From contig DATIIK010000003.1 in assembly GCA_035479715.1 (NCBI GenBank), positions 3,155 through 27,154 of the forward strand: a stretch of DNA of 24,000 bases, written 5' to 3'. Each line of letters opens with the position of its first letter. Positions within the stretch are counted from its first letter, which is position 1. The DNA comes from Candidatus Saccharimonadales bacterium. Lineage in GTDB: Bacteria; Patescibacteriota; Saccharimonadia; Saccharimonadales; UBA4665. The notes beneath the pieces were generated by a model. It searched no databases. It had not been told where the DNA came from and was given only the letters and a program-made list of their open reading frames with translations. This document shows positions 16,016-24,000 of this stretch, in pieces. The translations under genes and the position numbers were made by a program.

Positions 16016-16080
16016 CGATGGTGGGTTCCGGGGAATGACAGACGTGAGGAAGCTAAGATGGAAGGAGATATAAAGAAGTT

Positions 16081-16448
16081 GGCGAGGCAGCCAAAGGGCG
16101 CCATCAAAGCCATGATCTTTCTCAGACCATCAGGCCACGTAGGAACGGGGCGCAGGGGGCCAGCCTCTCAACAAGCAAACGCGGATTGTACCGCAGCTCA
16201 CTAGTCGGAGTATAACCAGCCCCCTGCGCGTCTTACCCGCACACATGGCATTGCTGCTCGAAAGGAGCGCAGTCAACACCACGGCGCGTCGCATAGGTCT
16301 TACAGCGGCGAGCTGAGTTCCGCCAGTTGCGTCCGGTAACGCAACAGAGCCATGCGACAAGTGCAAAGCACGGCTGACAGCCATAGCCGTCCCGGGGACT
16401 AGTCCGGCGCCAACGCTTCTGTACGGGCGAATGGTAAAGCTCCTCGCC
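16081..16448 (-). ncRNA. unclassified structured RNA candidate (~368 nt), possibly a divergent RNase P RNA
   Basis: The 645-bp gap has no credible ORF and holds nested helices. The terminal helix is GGCGAGG (16081-16087) / CCTCGCC (16442-16448), with GGCGCC at 16097-16102 / 16406-16411 inside it. An 11-bp helix pairs 16150-16160 with 16219-16229. Local hairpins lie at 16181-16194, 16256-16268, 16326-16345 and 16361-16371, and 16288-16297 pairs with 16350-16358. Read on the minus strand, RNase P-like motifs occur in the right order: GGACUAGUCCCCGGG, GUGCGGGUAAGACGCGCA, GGUACAAUCC, GAUGG and GGCUUU. However, the P4-like pairing is poor. Strand and identity are unresolved. Confidence 0.4.
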
Positions 16449-16610
16449 TTCCCTTTTGCGACGCCAAACCGCAGGAGGGCGAGATTCCGAGCCTCACCAA
16501 TGGCCTATGACCTAGCAAGGTACGTCTGTCGTTACTGACACGTGTTGAGCGAAAAAGGATTGTAAGGGCTAACCCCTAAAAAGCTTACGCGTAGTTCGTT
16601 CAGTGGACAC

Positions 16611-16634
16611 GATTATATAAGCCGTCATACGGCT
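16611..16634 (-). terminator. candidate terminator of pheT
   Basis: Hairpin AGCCGU-AUG-ACGGCU (16620-16634) is followed on the minus strand by UUAUAUAAU, 27 nt after the pheT stop. The stem is short (6 bp). Confidence 0.45.
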
Positions 16635-16660
16635 GCACAGTATTCTAGATTACAGTCCTG

Positions 16661-19177
16661 TTATATTCGCTCTGCCGCACAGGCACCGTGCGCTGCGTTC
16701 GCGACGCTGTCGAGAATCTTGGTGACCTCTGCATCGGTCAAGGTCCGCTGGTAGTGAGTAACATCCAGACGGTAGGTGACATTCTTGTAATCAGCTCCCG
16801 CTTCCTGGTAGATATCCAGTACCGAGGTTTTGACCGCATACTGCTCGGCAGAGAGGGCGGCAACCATACTCCTGACAACCGTGTCCAGCTCGCCAACCGG
16901 CGTATCAGCAGCGATCTTAAGGGTAATATCTTGGCTTACCTTCGGGAAACGTGACAAAGGTGTATACGTGGCAGTATCCGGCCGCATTGCCGACAGAAAA
17001 AGTTCAAAGCCAGCACAAAAATCAGGCAGTTTGAGCGCTTTCATGACGCTGCGCTTATAGTCGCCGATGATGCCGAGCGGACGCTCGCCGCTGTAGAGCA
17101 TGGCCGCACGCTGCAGGTCGAATGGCGCTGCCATCTGCATCAGCATCCGATGCCCCTGCAGGTCAGCCTTGGCTAGTGGTACGATTGTAACCGCGGGCAG
17201 ATCGATCAGGAGCCCCGCAAAACGCTGTGCCTGGTAATACGGCGCACCACCATATTCGCGGGCCGCCGTCTTTGGTTCGGCGGCAAATACGAATGATATA
17301 CGGCCGAATTCGCGCGGCAGCCCATCGTCTTCGGTTTCTGACACGCCATGTGCCTTACCGATCTCAAACAGGGCGAAACGATCGTACCCCGCCTTTATAT
17401 TCATATGAACCTTATCGAGCAGGCTAGGTGTCAGGCTAACGCGGTAATATTGCAAGTCCGGGCTCAGGGCATTGCTCACCTGAAACGCCTCTTCGACTTG
17501 CTGGCCGGCCTTTTTCAGCAGGTCGCCATGCACGAAGCTATATGCCAGCACTTCGTTGGCACCAGCCCGGGCCAACCGGGCACGGATCATCGCCTTCAAC
17601 TCCAGTTTTTCGTCTTTCTGCACTGGCATGATACTACGCTTGGGCAGTTCCAGCGGCAGCTTATCAAAGCCATAAAGGCGGCCGATCTCCTCCACTACAT
17701 CCTCACGTGTTTCGATGTCGGTTCGCCAGAAAGGCGCCGTAACAGTCAGCTGGTCGCCCTCGACCTGAACGCTGCACTCGACATTTTCAAGCAGCTGCCG
17801 CATGTCATCCGCACTCAATGCAAAACCCAACCGTTCATTGATAAACCCGACCGATACCGGTACCGGCGGATGCACCCAGACCCTGCCCTCTACCTGGCTG
17901 ATATCGATAGCGTCGCCTGCTACGGTACCACCGGCCAGCGTGCGTGTTTCGTGCACTGCCTTGGCCAGGACATACGGATTCTGCAGTGGTGACTGGCCCT
18001 TGTTAAAGCGTGTCACCGCATCGGTAAAGAGTCCGTGCGCCATACTGGTGCGGCGGATAGAATACATATCGAAGGTCGCTACCTCGATAATAATGCGTGT
18101 TGTTTCGTCGCTGACCTCCGTAGAGGCACCGCCCATGACCCCACCGACACCGATCAGATGGTCACCGCTGGCAATCATGATAGCTTCCGAACGCGGAGCG
18201 ATTTCTTTGCCACTCAAAAGCGTAATCTTCTCGTCGCTGCGTGGGTAGCGAACCGTGATTTCGGCCCCTGCACCGCTGGTAAGCGCCGCAACCTTGTCGT
18301 AATCATACGCATGGAGCGGCTGGCCGGTCAGGCACATCAGGTAATTGGTCATATCGACGATATTGTTGATGGGGCGTAAACCTAGGCGCACCAGGTGGAT
18401 TTGCAACCACAGCGGGCTTGGACCGACCGTGACATTGCTCATAGGGATAGCCATGAAACGCGGCACCAGTTCAGGCAGTTCATTCGTAACCGTCAGTGGC
18501 AGCGCCTCGGCCTCGATAGCCAGGCTGTACTTTTCGGTGCCATACCAATCCGGACCGACGAATTTCTGCTGCTGTATGCCCGCCAGTTCGCGGTATACGC
18601 CGAGCAGGCCGAAACAGTCCGGGCGATGGGTGAACATTTTGTTTTCGATATCAATGATGTAGTCGTGCAGGTTATAGGCATCGGCGAACGAGGTACCGGG
18701 CGCAATTTCTTCATCAATTTCCAGGATACCCTCGTGGCTATCACCTAGTCCCAGCTCACGCGGGCTGGCCAGCATGCCGTTACTTTTAACACCGCGCAGC
18801 TCGCGCGTACCGAGCACGAACGGATCCTTGCCGTAGCTCTCGGGCACCGTCGTTCCCGGAGGCAGCCAGACAGCGCGCAGGCCGGCACGGACATTGGGCG
18901 CGCCACACACTACCTGCACCAGACCTTCGGCGTCGCGTTCGACACCCTCGACCTTACCGCCGTCGTCGATCTTGCAGACATGCATATGGTCGGAATCTGG
19001 GTGGGACTCACATGCGTTCACGTGCACAACCAGCGCGCCCGCGAACGGGGCGCCAAAATCAATTACTTCCTCGACAGCACCGAGCTGTGCGCCGATGGCC
19101 TCGGCCAAGCCGTCCACATCGTCCTGCAACAGATCTAGGTTCGTATAGAATTTTGCGAGAGAAAGGGGGGCTTTCAT
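16661..19177 (-). CDS. pheT: phenylalanine--tRNA ligase beta subunit
   Basis: 838 aa with an N-terminal tRNA-binding (OB) domain (VVCGAPNVRAG, SNGMLAS), B3/4 and B5 regions and a C-terminal anticodon-binding-like domain. The ATG overlaps the upstream gene stop (ATGA at 19174-19177). Confidence 0.95.
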   Translation of the reverse strand: MKAPLSLAKFYTNLDLLQDDVDGLAEAIGAQLGAVEEVIDFGAPFAGALVVHVNACESHPDSDHMHVCKIDDGGKVEGVERDAEGLVQVVCGAPNVRAGLRAVWLPPGTTVPESYGKDPFVLGTRELRGVKSNGMLASPRELGLGDSHEGILEIDEEIAPGTSFADAYNLHDYIIDIENKMFTHRPDCFGLLGVYRELAGIQQQKFVGPDWYGTEKYSLAIEAEALPLTVTNELPELVPRFMAIPMSNVTVGPSPLWLQIHLVRLGLRPINNIVDMTNYLMCLTGQPLHAYDYDKVAALTSGAGAEITVRYPRSDEKITLLSGKEIAPRSEAIMIASGDHLIGVGGVMGGASTEVSDETTRIIIEVATFDMYSIRRTSMAHGLFTDAVTRFNKGQSPLQNPYVLAKAVHETRTLAGGTVAGDAIDISQVEGRVWVHPPVPVSVGFINERLGFALSADDMRQLLENVECSVQVEGDQLTVTAPFWRTDIETREDVVEEIGRLYGFDKLPLELPKRSIMPVQKDEKLELKAMIRARLARAGANEVLAYSFVHGDLLKKAGQQVEEAFQVSNALSPDLQYYRVSLTPSLLDKVHMNIKAGYDRFALFEIGKAHGVSETEDDGLPREFGRISFVFAAEPKTAAREYGGAPYYQAQRFAGLLIDLPAVTIVPLAKADLQGHRMLMQMAAPFDLQRAAMLYSGERPLGIIGDYKRSVMKALKLPDFCAGFELFLSAMRPDTATYTPLSRFPKVSQDITLKIAADTPVGELDTVVRSMVAALSAEQYAVKTSVLDIYQEAGADYKNVTYRLDVTHYQRTLTDAEVTKILDSVANAAHGACAAERI

Positions 19178-19500
19178 GTGGTTGCTCCTGCGATACGGTC
19201 GGCAATGTGGGCCATCGTGTCCTTAAATTCCTTTTCCAGGTCCAGCCCATAGTAGTTAGCGATGACCAGTATGGACCACAGGCAGTCGGCCAGCTCATGC
19301 GCGAGCTTGGCGTCTACATCGGCTATATCACGCAGGTTTTCTTTGGCCATGATGAGTTTCTGCAGGTCACCAAAGTCACCCGCGAATCCCATCGCATAGT
19401 CACGCACGCCCCAGGTAGTCTTACCCTGCTTGGTGTTCAGTTCTTGATACTGCAGGCGGATAACTTCAGCCTGCTCCATCAGATCCTTCAGGTCGCTCAT
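19174..19500 (-). CDS. MazG-like all-alpha nucleotide pyrophosphohydrolase domain protein
   Basis: 108 aa, helical, with paired acidic helix motifs (DFGDLQKLIM..., LAHELADCLWSILVIANYYGLDLE) like small MazG/YpjD-type proteins. GAGGA SD lies 7 nt upstream. It is translationally coupled to pheT. Confidence 0.7.
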   Translation of the reverse strand: MSDLKDLMEQAEVIRLQYQELNTKQGKTTWGVRDYAMGFAGDFGDLQKLIMAKENLRDIADVDAKLAHELADCLWSILVIANYYGLDLEKEFKDTMAHIADRIAGATT

Positions 19501-19510
19501 ATGGTAGTCC

Positions 19511-20566
19511 TCATGCGAATTGCCTCAAGAAATCAAGCCGGCCGGATTGGAAGTACCGGACGTCATCGATATCGTATTTCATCATTACTAAGCGGTCGAT
19601 GCCACAGCCCCAGGCAAAGCCGGTATAGACCTCCGGGTCGATGCCTGCTTCACGCAGGACATTGGGGTGGATCATACCGCAGCCGAGCAGCTCAATCCAG
19701 CCGCTTTGGCTACATACGCTGCAGCCCTTGCCGTCACAGAACGGGCAGCTGAGCGCGAACTCGAAAGATGGTTCAGTAAAGGGAAAATAGAACGGCTGTG
19801 TCTTCACCCGCAGCTCTTTGCCATAATATTCCTGCAAAAAGGTCTTGAGAGTAGCGATAAGCATGCCTGCATGGACACCCTTGTTTACATAGACGCCCTC
19901 CAGCTGATAGAAGGTGTGCTCATGCCGGGCATCCAGGTCTTCGTTACGGAAGACGCGGTCGGGTACTACCACGGCAATCGGCTCGCCTTTGTCCAGGTCT
20001 GCCTTGTACTGCCGTAGCAGACGGTTCTGCATGGTAGATGTGTGTGCGGGGGCGATCAGGCGCTGTCCGCGCTGGTCTTTCTGCTCGGTCATGAATGTGT
20101 CGTAGTCGTCACGCGCAGGGTGGCCTTCGGGAAAGTTCAGGGCGCTGAACATATGGTAATCGTCGTCGATTTCGCGCGATTCGCTGGCCCGGAATCCCAT
20201 ACGGTAAAAGATGTCTAGGATCTGGTCGCGCTCAGCCATCAGCGGATGGCGGCTGCCAAGCTGGCCCGGCAATGTCCGCGGACGCTTACCGCTCGGTGTG
20301 TTGACGTCAAACGGCGCGGTCACATCGATGGGCGGCAGCGCTTCAGCGGCGTCGGCCACGGCGTCCACCATAGCCTGCAGCTCCGTGCGCAGCTGGTTCA
20401 GCTCCTTACCGAATGCACCACGCTGTTCGGACGGCAATTGCGGAATCTGGGCATAGAGCGCCTTCAGCTCGACGGCTTTCAGGATGTCTGCCTTGGTTGC
20501 TAGCTCGCCGAAGCGCTTCTGGAGCAGCTCTGCGGCTTCTTGTACCTGGGGGTTTTGGTAACTCAT
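19511..20566 (-). CDS. pheS: phenylalanine--tRNA ligase alpha subunit
   Basis: 351 aa with class II aaRS motifs (HPARD, FRNEDLDARHEHTFYQLEG, GFAWGCGIDRLVM). Confidence 0.95.
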   Translation of the reverse strand: MSYQNPQVQEAAELLQKRFGELATKADILKAVELKALYAQIPQLPSEQRGAFGKELNQLRTELQAMVDAVADAAEALPPIDVTAPFDVNTPSGKRPRTLPGQLGSRHPLMAERDQILDIFYRMGFRASESREIDDDYHMFSALNFPEGHPARDDYDTFMTEQKDQRGQRLIAPAHTSTMQNRLLRQYKADLDKGEPIAVVVPDRVFRNEDLDARHEHTFYQLEGVYVNKGVHAGMLIATLKTFLQEYYGKELRVKTQPFYFPFTEPSFEFALSCPFCDGKGCSVCSQSGWIELLGCGMIHPNVLREAGIDPEVYTGFAWGCGIDRLVMMKYDIDDVRYFQSGRLDFLRQFA

Positions 20567-20635
20567 TACCGCACCAGTATAGCAGGGGTCACCGGTGTTT
20601 TGCTACGTTTTAAGCAGCCAAGATATGTCGATACA

Positions 20636-20661
20636 AAAAATGTAAGATTTTTTACATTTTT
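20636..20661. promoter_or_regulatory. 10-bp AT-rich perfect palindrome in the pheS/purF divergent region
   Basis: AAAAATGTAA-gatttt-TTACATTTTT. It overlaps a TTTACA -35-like hexamer (20651-20656) for the + strand. Candidate operator or promoter element, function unknown. Confidence 0.35.
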
Positions 20662-20776
20662 GTAGGAAAGGCGCTACACTATACTTAAAGCTAATGACTA
20701 GAGTAGTGGCGGGATAGACAAAAAGAGAGCCAGAGGCGTCACCGGACGCTTGTGGCAATAGCATAGGGGGCTATAC

Positions 20777-22225
20777 ATGGGAGAGATGCGCGAGAAATGC
20801 GCTGTAGTAGGAGTGTTTGATCCAGAAATGGCGACCGAGCTGGCTGCCAGCGCAATACGGGTACTCGACCATCGGGGACCGCATGCCACAGGTATAGGAG
20901 GTATCTCCGGCGATAATGAGATGGTCGCCTTTCACGCCCCGGGTCGGGCACGTGAAGTACTGACCGAGCCCGAAGTGGCAAAGATGAGCGCAAGAGGGCT
21001 TACCGTGGCCATAGCACACGGTCGCTACGCTACCTCTGGCGGCATGGACAAAGCCCATCCAATCAAGGTTAATACAGGCCGGCAAGCCATACTGTACGAA
21101 GAAAATGGCACCAACTCGGACCTTCGGCCGCTCGAAGCCGACCTTGCCCAGCGCGGCTACAACACTGATGGCCTTATAGACAGCGAAATGAATGCGCTTG
21201 CAATTGGCGACCGCATCAAGCGCGGTGCCAGTGCCGTCGAAGCCATTGCTGGTGCCTACCGGCACATGATCGGCGGTCAGGCCGGCATCATAGCCTGCCA
21301 CGACCTGGACGGCAGCCCCATGCTGGCCGCCTACCGTGACCCATGCGGCATTCGCCCACTGGCGTGGGGCCGCACACCTGGCAAAGGCTATATGTTCGCA
21401 TCAGAGACTATCGGACTGGACGAGGCCGGTGCAACCATTGGCGGCGAAGTGCCCCCCGGCGGCCTTATGACAGTCAGCCACAACGGCCTTAAACACTACC
21501 AGCTGGCGCCGCCGAATCCCAAATTTGACCCATTCGAACTCCTGTACTTTTCGAACAAAAGAAGCCTGTTCAAAGGCCAGCCGATCGGCGATATCCGTGC
21601 CGCGCTTGGACGACGCCTGGCGGAAGAATATGGCTTTGACAGCTCAAGCAACGGCGTCATCGGCATTCCCAATACTGCGATTACCTTTGCAGCCGGATAT
21701 GCGGCTGCAACCGACATCGAGCACCGGCAGGAAATATTGCGCAAAAACAGTACCGCGCGTGCATTCCTGGGCAACACCGCCAAAGACCGGCAAAATATCC
21801 GTAATGGCCTCTACACCTTACAAGACCACCTAGTAAAGGGAGGTGAGTTCGATCTGGTCGATGACTCTCTGCTCCGTAATGGCAATGCACCGTTCGTAAA
21901 CCGATTGTTCCGCGAGGCGGGAGCTGCAGCCGTGCGCCTGTATATCGGTTCGCCGCCCATCCGGTATCCCAACTTCTACGGGACCAATATTCCTCACCAA
22001 AGGGAGCTGGTAGCATCCCACCAGAGCGCGGAGCAGATACGCCGTGATACCGGCGTAGACTCCCTGGGTTACCTATCGCTGGAAGGCATGCTTGAAACAT
22101 TCTATGATATGACCGGCGAGTCCGACAGCAATTTCGACCTTTCGTGCTTTACGGGTGACTACAGACACACCTCCATCGGCCCGCGCGATATCTACGAGCC
22201 GATATACGCTGACTACAGTGCCTGA
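20777..22225 (+). CDS. purF: amidophosphoribosyltransferase-like protein (PurF family, atypical PRPP loop)
   Basis: Ntn amidotransferase N-terminus with Cys8 (MGEMREK-CAVVGVF), a PRTase region FDLVDDSLLRNGNA, SPPIRYPNFYGTN, DSLGYLSLEGM and CFTGDY. AGGGGG SD lies 7 nt upstream. Confidence 0.8.
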   Translation: MGEMREKCAVVGVFDPEMATELAASAIRVLDHRGPHATGIGGISGDNEMVAFHAPGRAREVLTEPEVAKMSARGLTVAIAHGRYATSGGMDKAHPIKVNTGRQAILYEENGTNSDLRPLEADLAQRGYNTDGLIDSEMNALAIGDRIKRGASAVEAIAGAYRHMIGGQAGIIACHDLDGSPMLAAYRDPCGIRPLAWGRTPGKGYMFASETIGLDEAGATIGGEVPPGGLMTVSHNGLKHYQLAPPNPKFDPFELLYFSNKRSLFKGQPIGDIRAALGRRLAEEYGFDSSSNGVIGIPNTAITFAAGYAAATDIEHRQEILRKNSTARAFLGNTAKDRQNIRNGLYTLQDHLVKGGEFDLVDDSLLRNGNAPFVNRLFREAGAAAVRLYIGSPPIRYPNFYGTNIPHQRELVASHQSAEQIRRDTGVDSLGYLSLEGMLETFYDMTGESDSNFDLSCFTGDYRHTSIGPRDIYEPIYADYSA

Positions 22226-22251
22226 CCAACACACTGGTATACTATGTAGTT

Positions 22252-22746
22252 ATGGCAAACTTTAGTTTTGATATAGAATCCGACTACGACAAAGCGGAAA
22301 TGAACAACGTATTCGACCAGACCCAGCGCGAAATCGAAAGCCGCTACGATTTCAAGGGTACGCCGGCCGCCCTCGAATGGCTGGATGATAAAAAGGGTGT
22401 AAAGATAACCGGCAGTGGCGAATGGCAAATTGATGCCATATTGGATATTATCCGCAAAAAACTGGCCACTCGTGGACAGAGTCAAAAGACACTTGACACC
22501 ACAAAAGATATAACCGAAAGCAACCTGAAGAGTACGAAAGAAGTACCTTTCAAACAGGGGCTCGACCAGGATAAGGCCAAGCAGCTCACCAAGCTTATCC
22601 GTGAACAGTACCCCAAGGTAAAGACACAGATCCAGGGCGAAGCCGTCCGCGTTATGAGCGGCAGCAAGGACGACCTGCAGGCAGTCATGCAGCTGCTGCG
22701 CGGCCAGGATCTGGATTTTCCGTTGAACTTTACGAACTATCGGTAG
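22252..22746 (+). CDS. yajQ: YajQ-family nucleotide-binding protein (UPF0234)
   Basis: 164 aa with MANFSFDIESDYDKAEMNNVFDQTQREIESRYDFKG, a near-canonical YajQ N-terminus. Typical length. Confidence 0.9.
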   Translation: MANFSFDIESDYDKAEMNNVFDQTQREIESRYDFKGTPAALEWLDDKKGVKITGSGEWQIDAILDIIRKKLATRGQSQKTLDTTKDITESNLKSTKEVPFKQGLDQDKAKQLTKLIREQYPKVKTQIQGEAVRVMSGSKDDLQAVMQLLRGQDLDFPLNFTNYR

Positions 22747-22801
22747 CGCCCGGCTCAAGTCCTTCGGTTTTAGCAGCCATATTCGCTATACTAGAACAAG
22801 C

Positions 22802-24000
22802 ATGAGCGAAAACACCGAACAACCGACGCCGAGCCTTCTCGAGCAAGCCACCGCCGTACTCGCGAATAATGATCGCAACACGTACACGGTACCCGCTGAA
22901 GGACTGTATCCGCACCAATGGCTCTGGGACAGTTGCTTCGTTGCGATCGGCCTGCGCTGGATCGACATCGACCGCGCCCAGGCCGAGCTCACCAGCCTGC
23001 TCCGGGGCCAGTGGAGCAACGGCATGATGCCCAATATGATATTCAGCAACGATCCACATTACCGCCGTGACCGGGCCGTCTGGCGCAGCTGGATCAGCCC
23101 CTACTCGCCCGACAAGGTCGCCACCAGCGGCATAACACAGCCACCCATGCTTGCCGAAGCCGTCTGGCAGATTGGTGAGCGTTTGAACGCTGCAGAGCGG
23201 CGCACATGGTATAAACAGATGCTGCCCAGCTTGGTCGCGTACCACCAATGGCAATACACCGACCGCGATCCGCACCAGGAGGGCCTGGTGCTTCAGGTGC
23301 ATCCATGGGAAACCGGCCTGGACAATACGCCGCCCTGGATGAGCGAGCTGCACGAACATCTGATGCCCTGGTGGGTACGCAGTATCCGTGCCACGCACAG
23401 TGAGTGGCTTATCAACCTGTTCCGCCGCGATCTGCACTATGTGCCGCCGGGCCAGCGCTTTTCCACGCTGGAGGTGCTCAGCCTGTTCGACGCCCAGCAC
23501 CGCTTGCGCCGCAAAGCGTACGAAACCGACAAGATCCTGCAGCATGGCCTGTTCGCCATCGAAGACCTGACCTACAATTGCATATTCATCCGCGCCAATA
23601 GCCGTTTGCAACAGATAGCCAAGGCCACCAGCCATGCCCTGCCACCCGACCTGCTGGCCAACATGAAAAAATCCGAAGCCGCCCTGGAAGATCTGTGGGA
23701 CGAATATGCTCATGCATATTGGTCGCGTGATTTCATTACCCACCGCCTGATAAAACAGCCAAGCATCGCTACGCTGATGCCCCTGTATGCTGGCTGTATC
23801 AGCAAAGAACGCGCCGAAGTACTCGTACGCCAGCTGGAAGACGACAAAAAGTTCGGCACCGCCTTTGCCGTCCCGAGCGTACCAGTGGACGGCCCGATGT
23901 TCGATCCGGACCGCTACTGGCAGGGACCTACCTGGCTTAATACTAACTGGCTCATATGCGAAGGCCTCAAAAACTACGGCTACGACGACCACGCTGCAGC
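22802..24000 (+). CDS. (alpha/alpha)6-barrel glycoside hydrolase, GH63/MGH1-like (partial, continues past the right edge)
   Basis: Absent from the track (no stop in the window). The ATG at 22802 opens a frame to the edge: MSENTEQPTPSLLEQATAVLANNDRNTYTVPAEGLYPHQWLWDSCF...HPWETGLDNTPPW...YWQGPTWLNTNWLI. These motifs are typical of glucosyl/mannosylglycerate-hydrolase-like GH63 enzymes. The listed 420-aa minus ORF 22730..23992 is its antisense shadow. Confidence 0.8.
   Translation, partial: MSENTEQPTPSLLEQATAVLANNDRNTYTVPAEGLYPHQWLWDSCFVAIGLRWIDIDRAQAELTSLLRGQWSNGMMPNMIFSNDPHYRRDRAVWRSWISPYSPDKVATSGITQPPMLAEAVWQIGERLNAAERRTWYKQMLPSLVAYHQWQYTDRDPHQEGLVLQVHPWETGLDNTPPWMSELHEHLMPWWVRSIRATHSEWLINLFRRDLHYVPPGQRFSTLEVLSLFDAQHRLRRKAYETDKILQHGLFAIEDLTYNCIFIRANSRLQQIAKATSHALPPDLLANMKKSEAALEDLWDEYAHAYWSRDFITHRLIKQPSIATLMPLYAGCISKERAEVLVRQLEDDKKFGTAFAVPSVPVDGPMFDPDRYWQGPTWLNTNWLICEGLKNYGYDDHAA

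Noticed and set aside
16058-16219. 53-codon + strand ORF with a GAGGAAG SD-like sequence, and the 84-aa minus ORF 16130..16384
   Set aside because: Both lie inside the densely base-paired region and translate to Arg/Gly/Ala-rich sequences without features. They are more likely chance frames in a structured RNA. Not fully excluded.
16081-16448. tmRNA (ssrA) as the identity of the structured RNA
   Set aside because: The size would fit. However, there is no GGGG...G-U acceptor stem, no T-arm/GGUUCGA-type loop before the 3' strand, no ACCA end, and no plausible tag reading frame ending in Ala-Ala-stop on either strand.
22730-23992. 420-aa minus-strand ORF
   Set aside because: It is the antisense shadow of the + strand GH63-like gene (22802 to the window end), which carries recognisable hydrolase motifs. 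The minus translation is Ala/Gly/Val/Arg-rich with no motifs.
1-24000. CRISPR arrays, IS elements/transposases, integrases, tRNA/rRNA genes, prophage structural genes
   Set aside because: Scanning both strands by eye showed no regularly spaced direct repeats. No DDE/HUH/tyrosine-recombinase-like ORFs, no cloverleaf-compatible tRNA sequences and no rRNA-like stretches were seen. The two atypical cassettes have no recognisable mobility genes.

Overview
Gene-dense, moderate-GC, streamlined bacterial chromosome segment, almost entirely housekeeping and mostly on the minus strand. It holds a sugar-phosphate block: PfkB kinase, class II aldolase, split transketolase, Rpe-like epimerase, RpiB and GAPDH. 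It also holds pyrophosphatase, a GDPD phosphodiesterase, a redox cluster (FNR-like oxidoreductase, TrxB, NrdH/Grx-like), two FKBP isomerases, a NUDIX hydrolase and an ABC exporter. The rest is pheS/MazG-like/pheT, a PurF-like amidotransferase, YajQ and a partial GH63-like hydrolase. Split transketolase, tight translational coupling and the gene content suggest a reduced-genome lineage, possibly Patescibacteria/Saccharibacteria-like; this is inference only. I saw no CRISPR array, transposase, integrase, tRNA or rRNA. Three things stand out. (1) An orphan two-gene cassette on the opposite strand (8137-9289) ends in a textbook type III hammerhead ribozyme motif (9182-9248) just before a bidirectional terminator. 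Its 3' UTR also carries CU-rich boxes complementary to the Shine-Dalgarno of the first gene. (2) A ~600 bp high-GC island (447-1081) holds one 135-aa ORF with actinobacterial-style codon usage (GC3 about 90% by hand count) and is bracketed exactly by a 13-bp perfect inverted repeat. (3) A ~370 nt ORF-free, heavily nested structured RNA candidate (16081-16448) sits between pheT and the ABC exporter, with partial RNase P RNA-like motifs. None of the cassette proteins could be assigned to a family by eye. All functional ideas about them are hypotheses needing searches or experiments.
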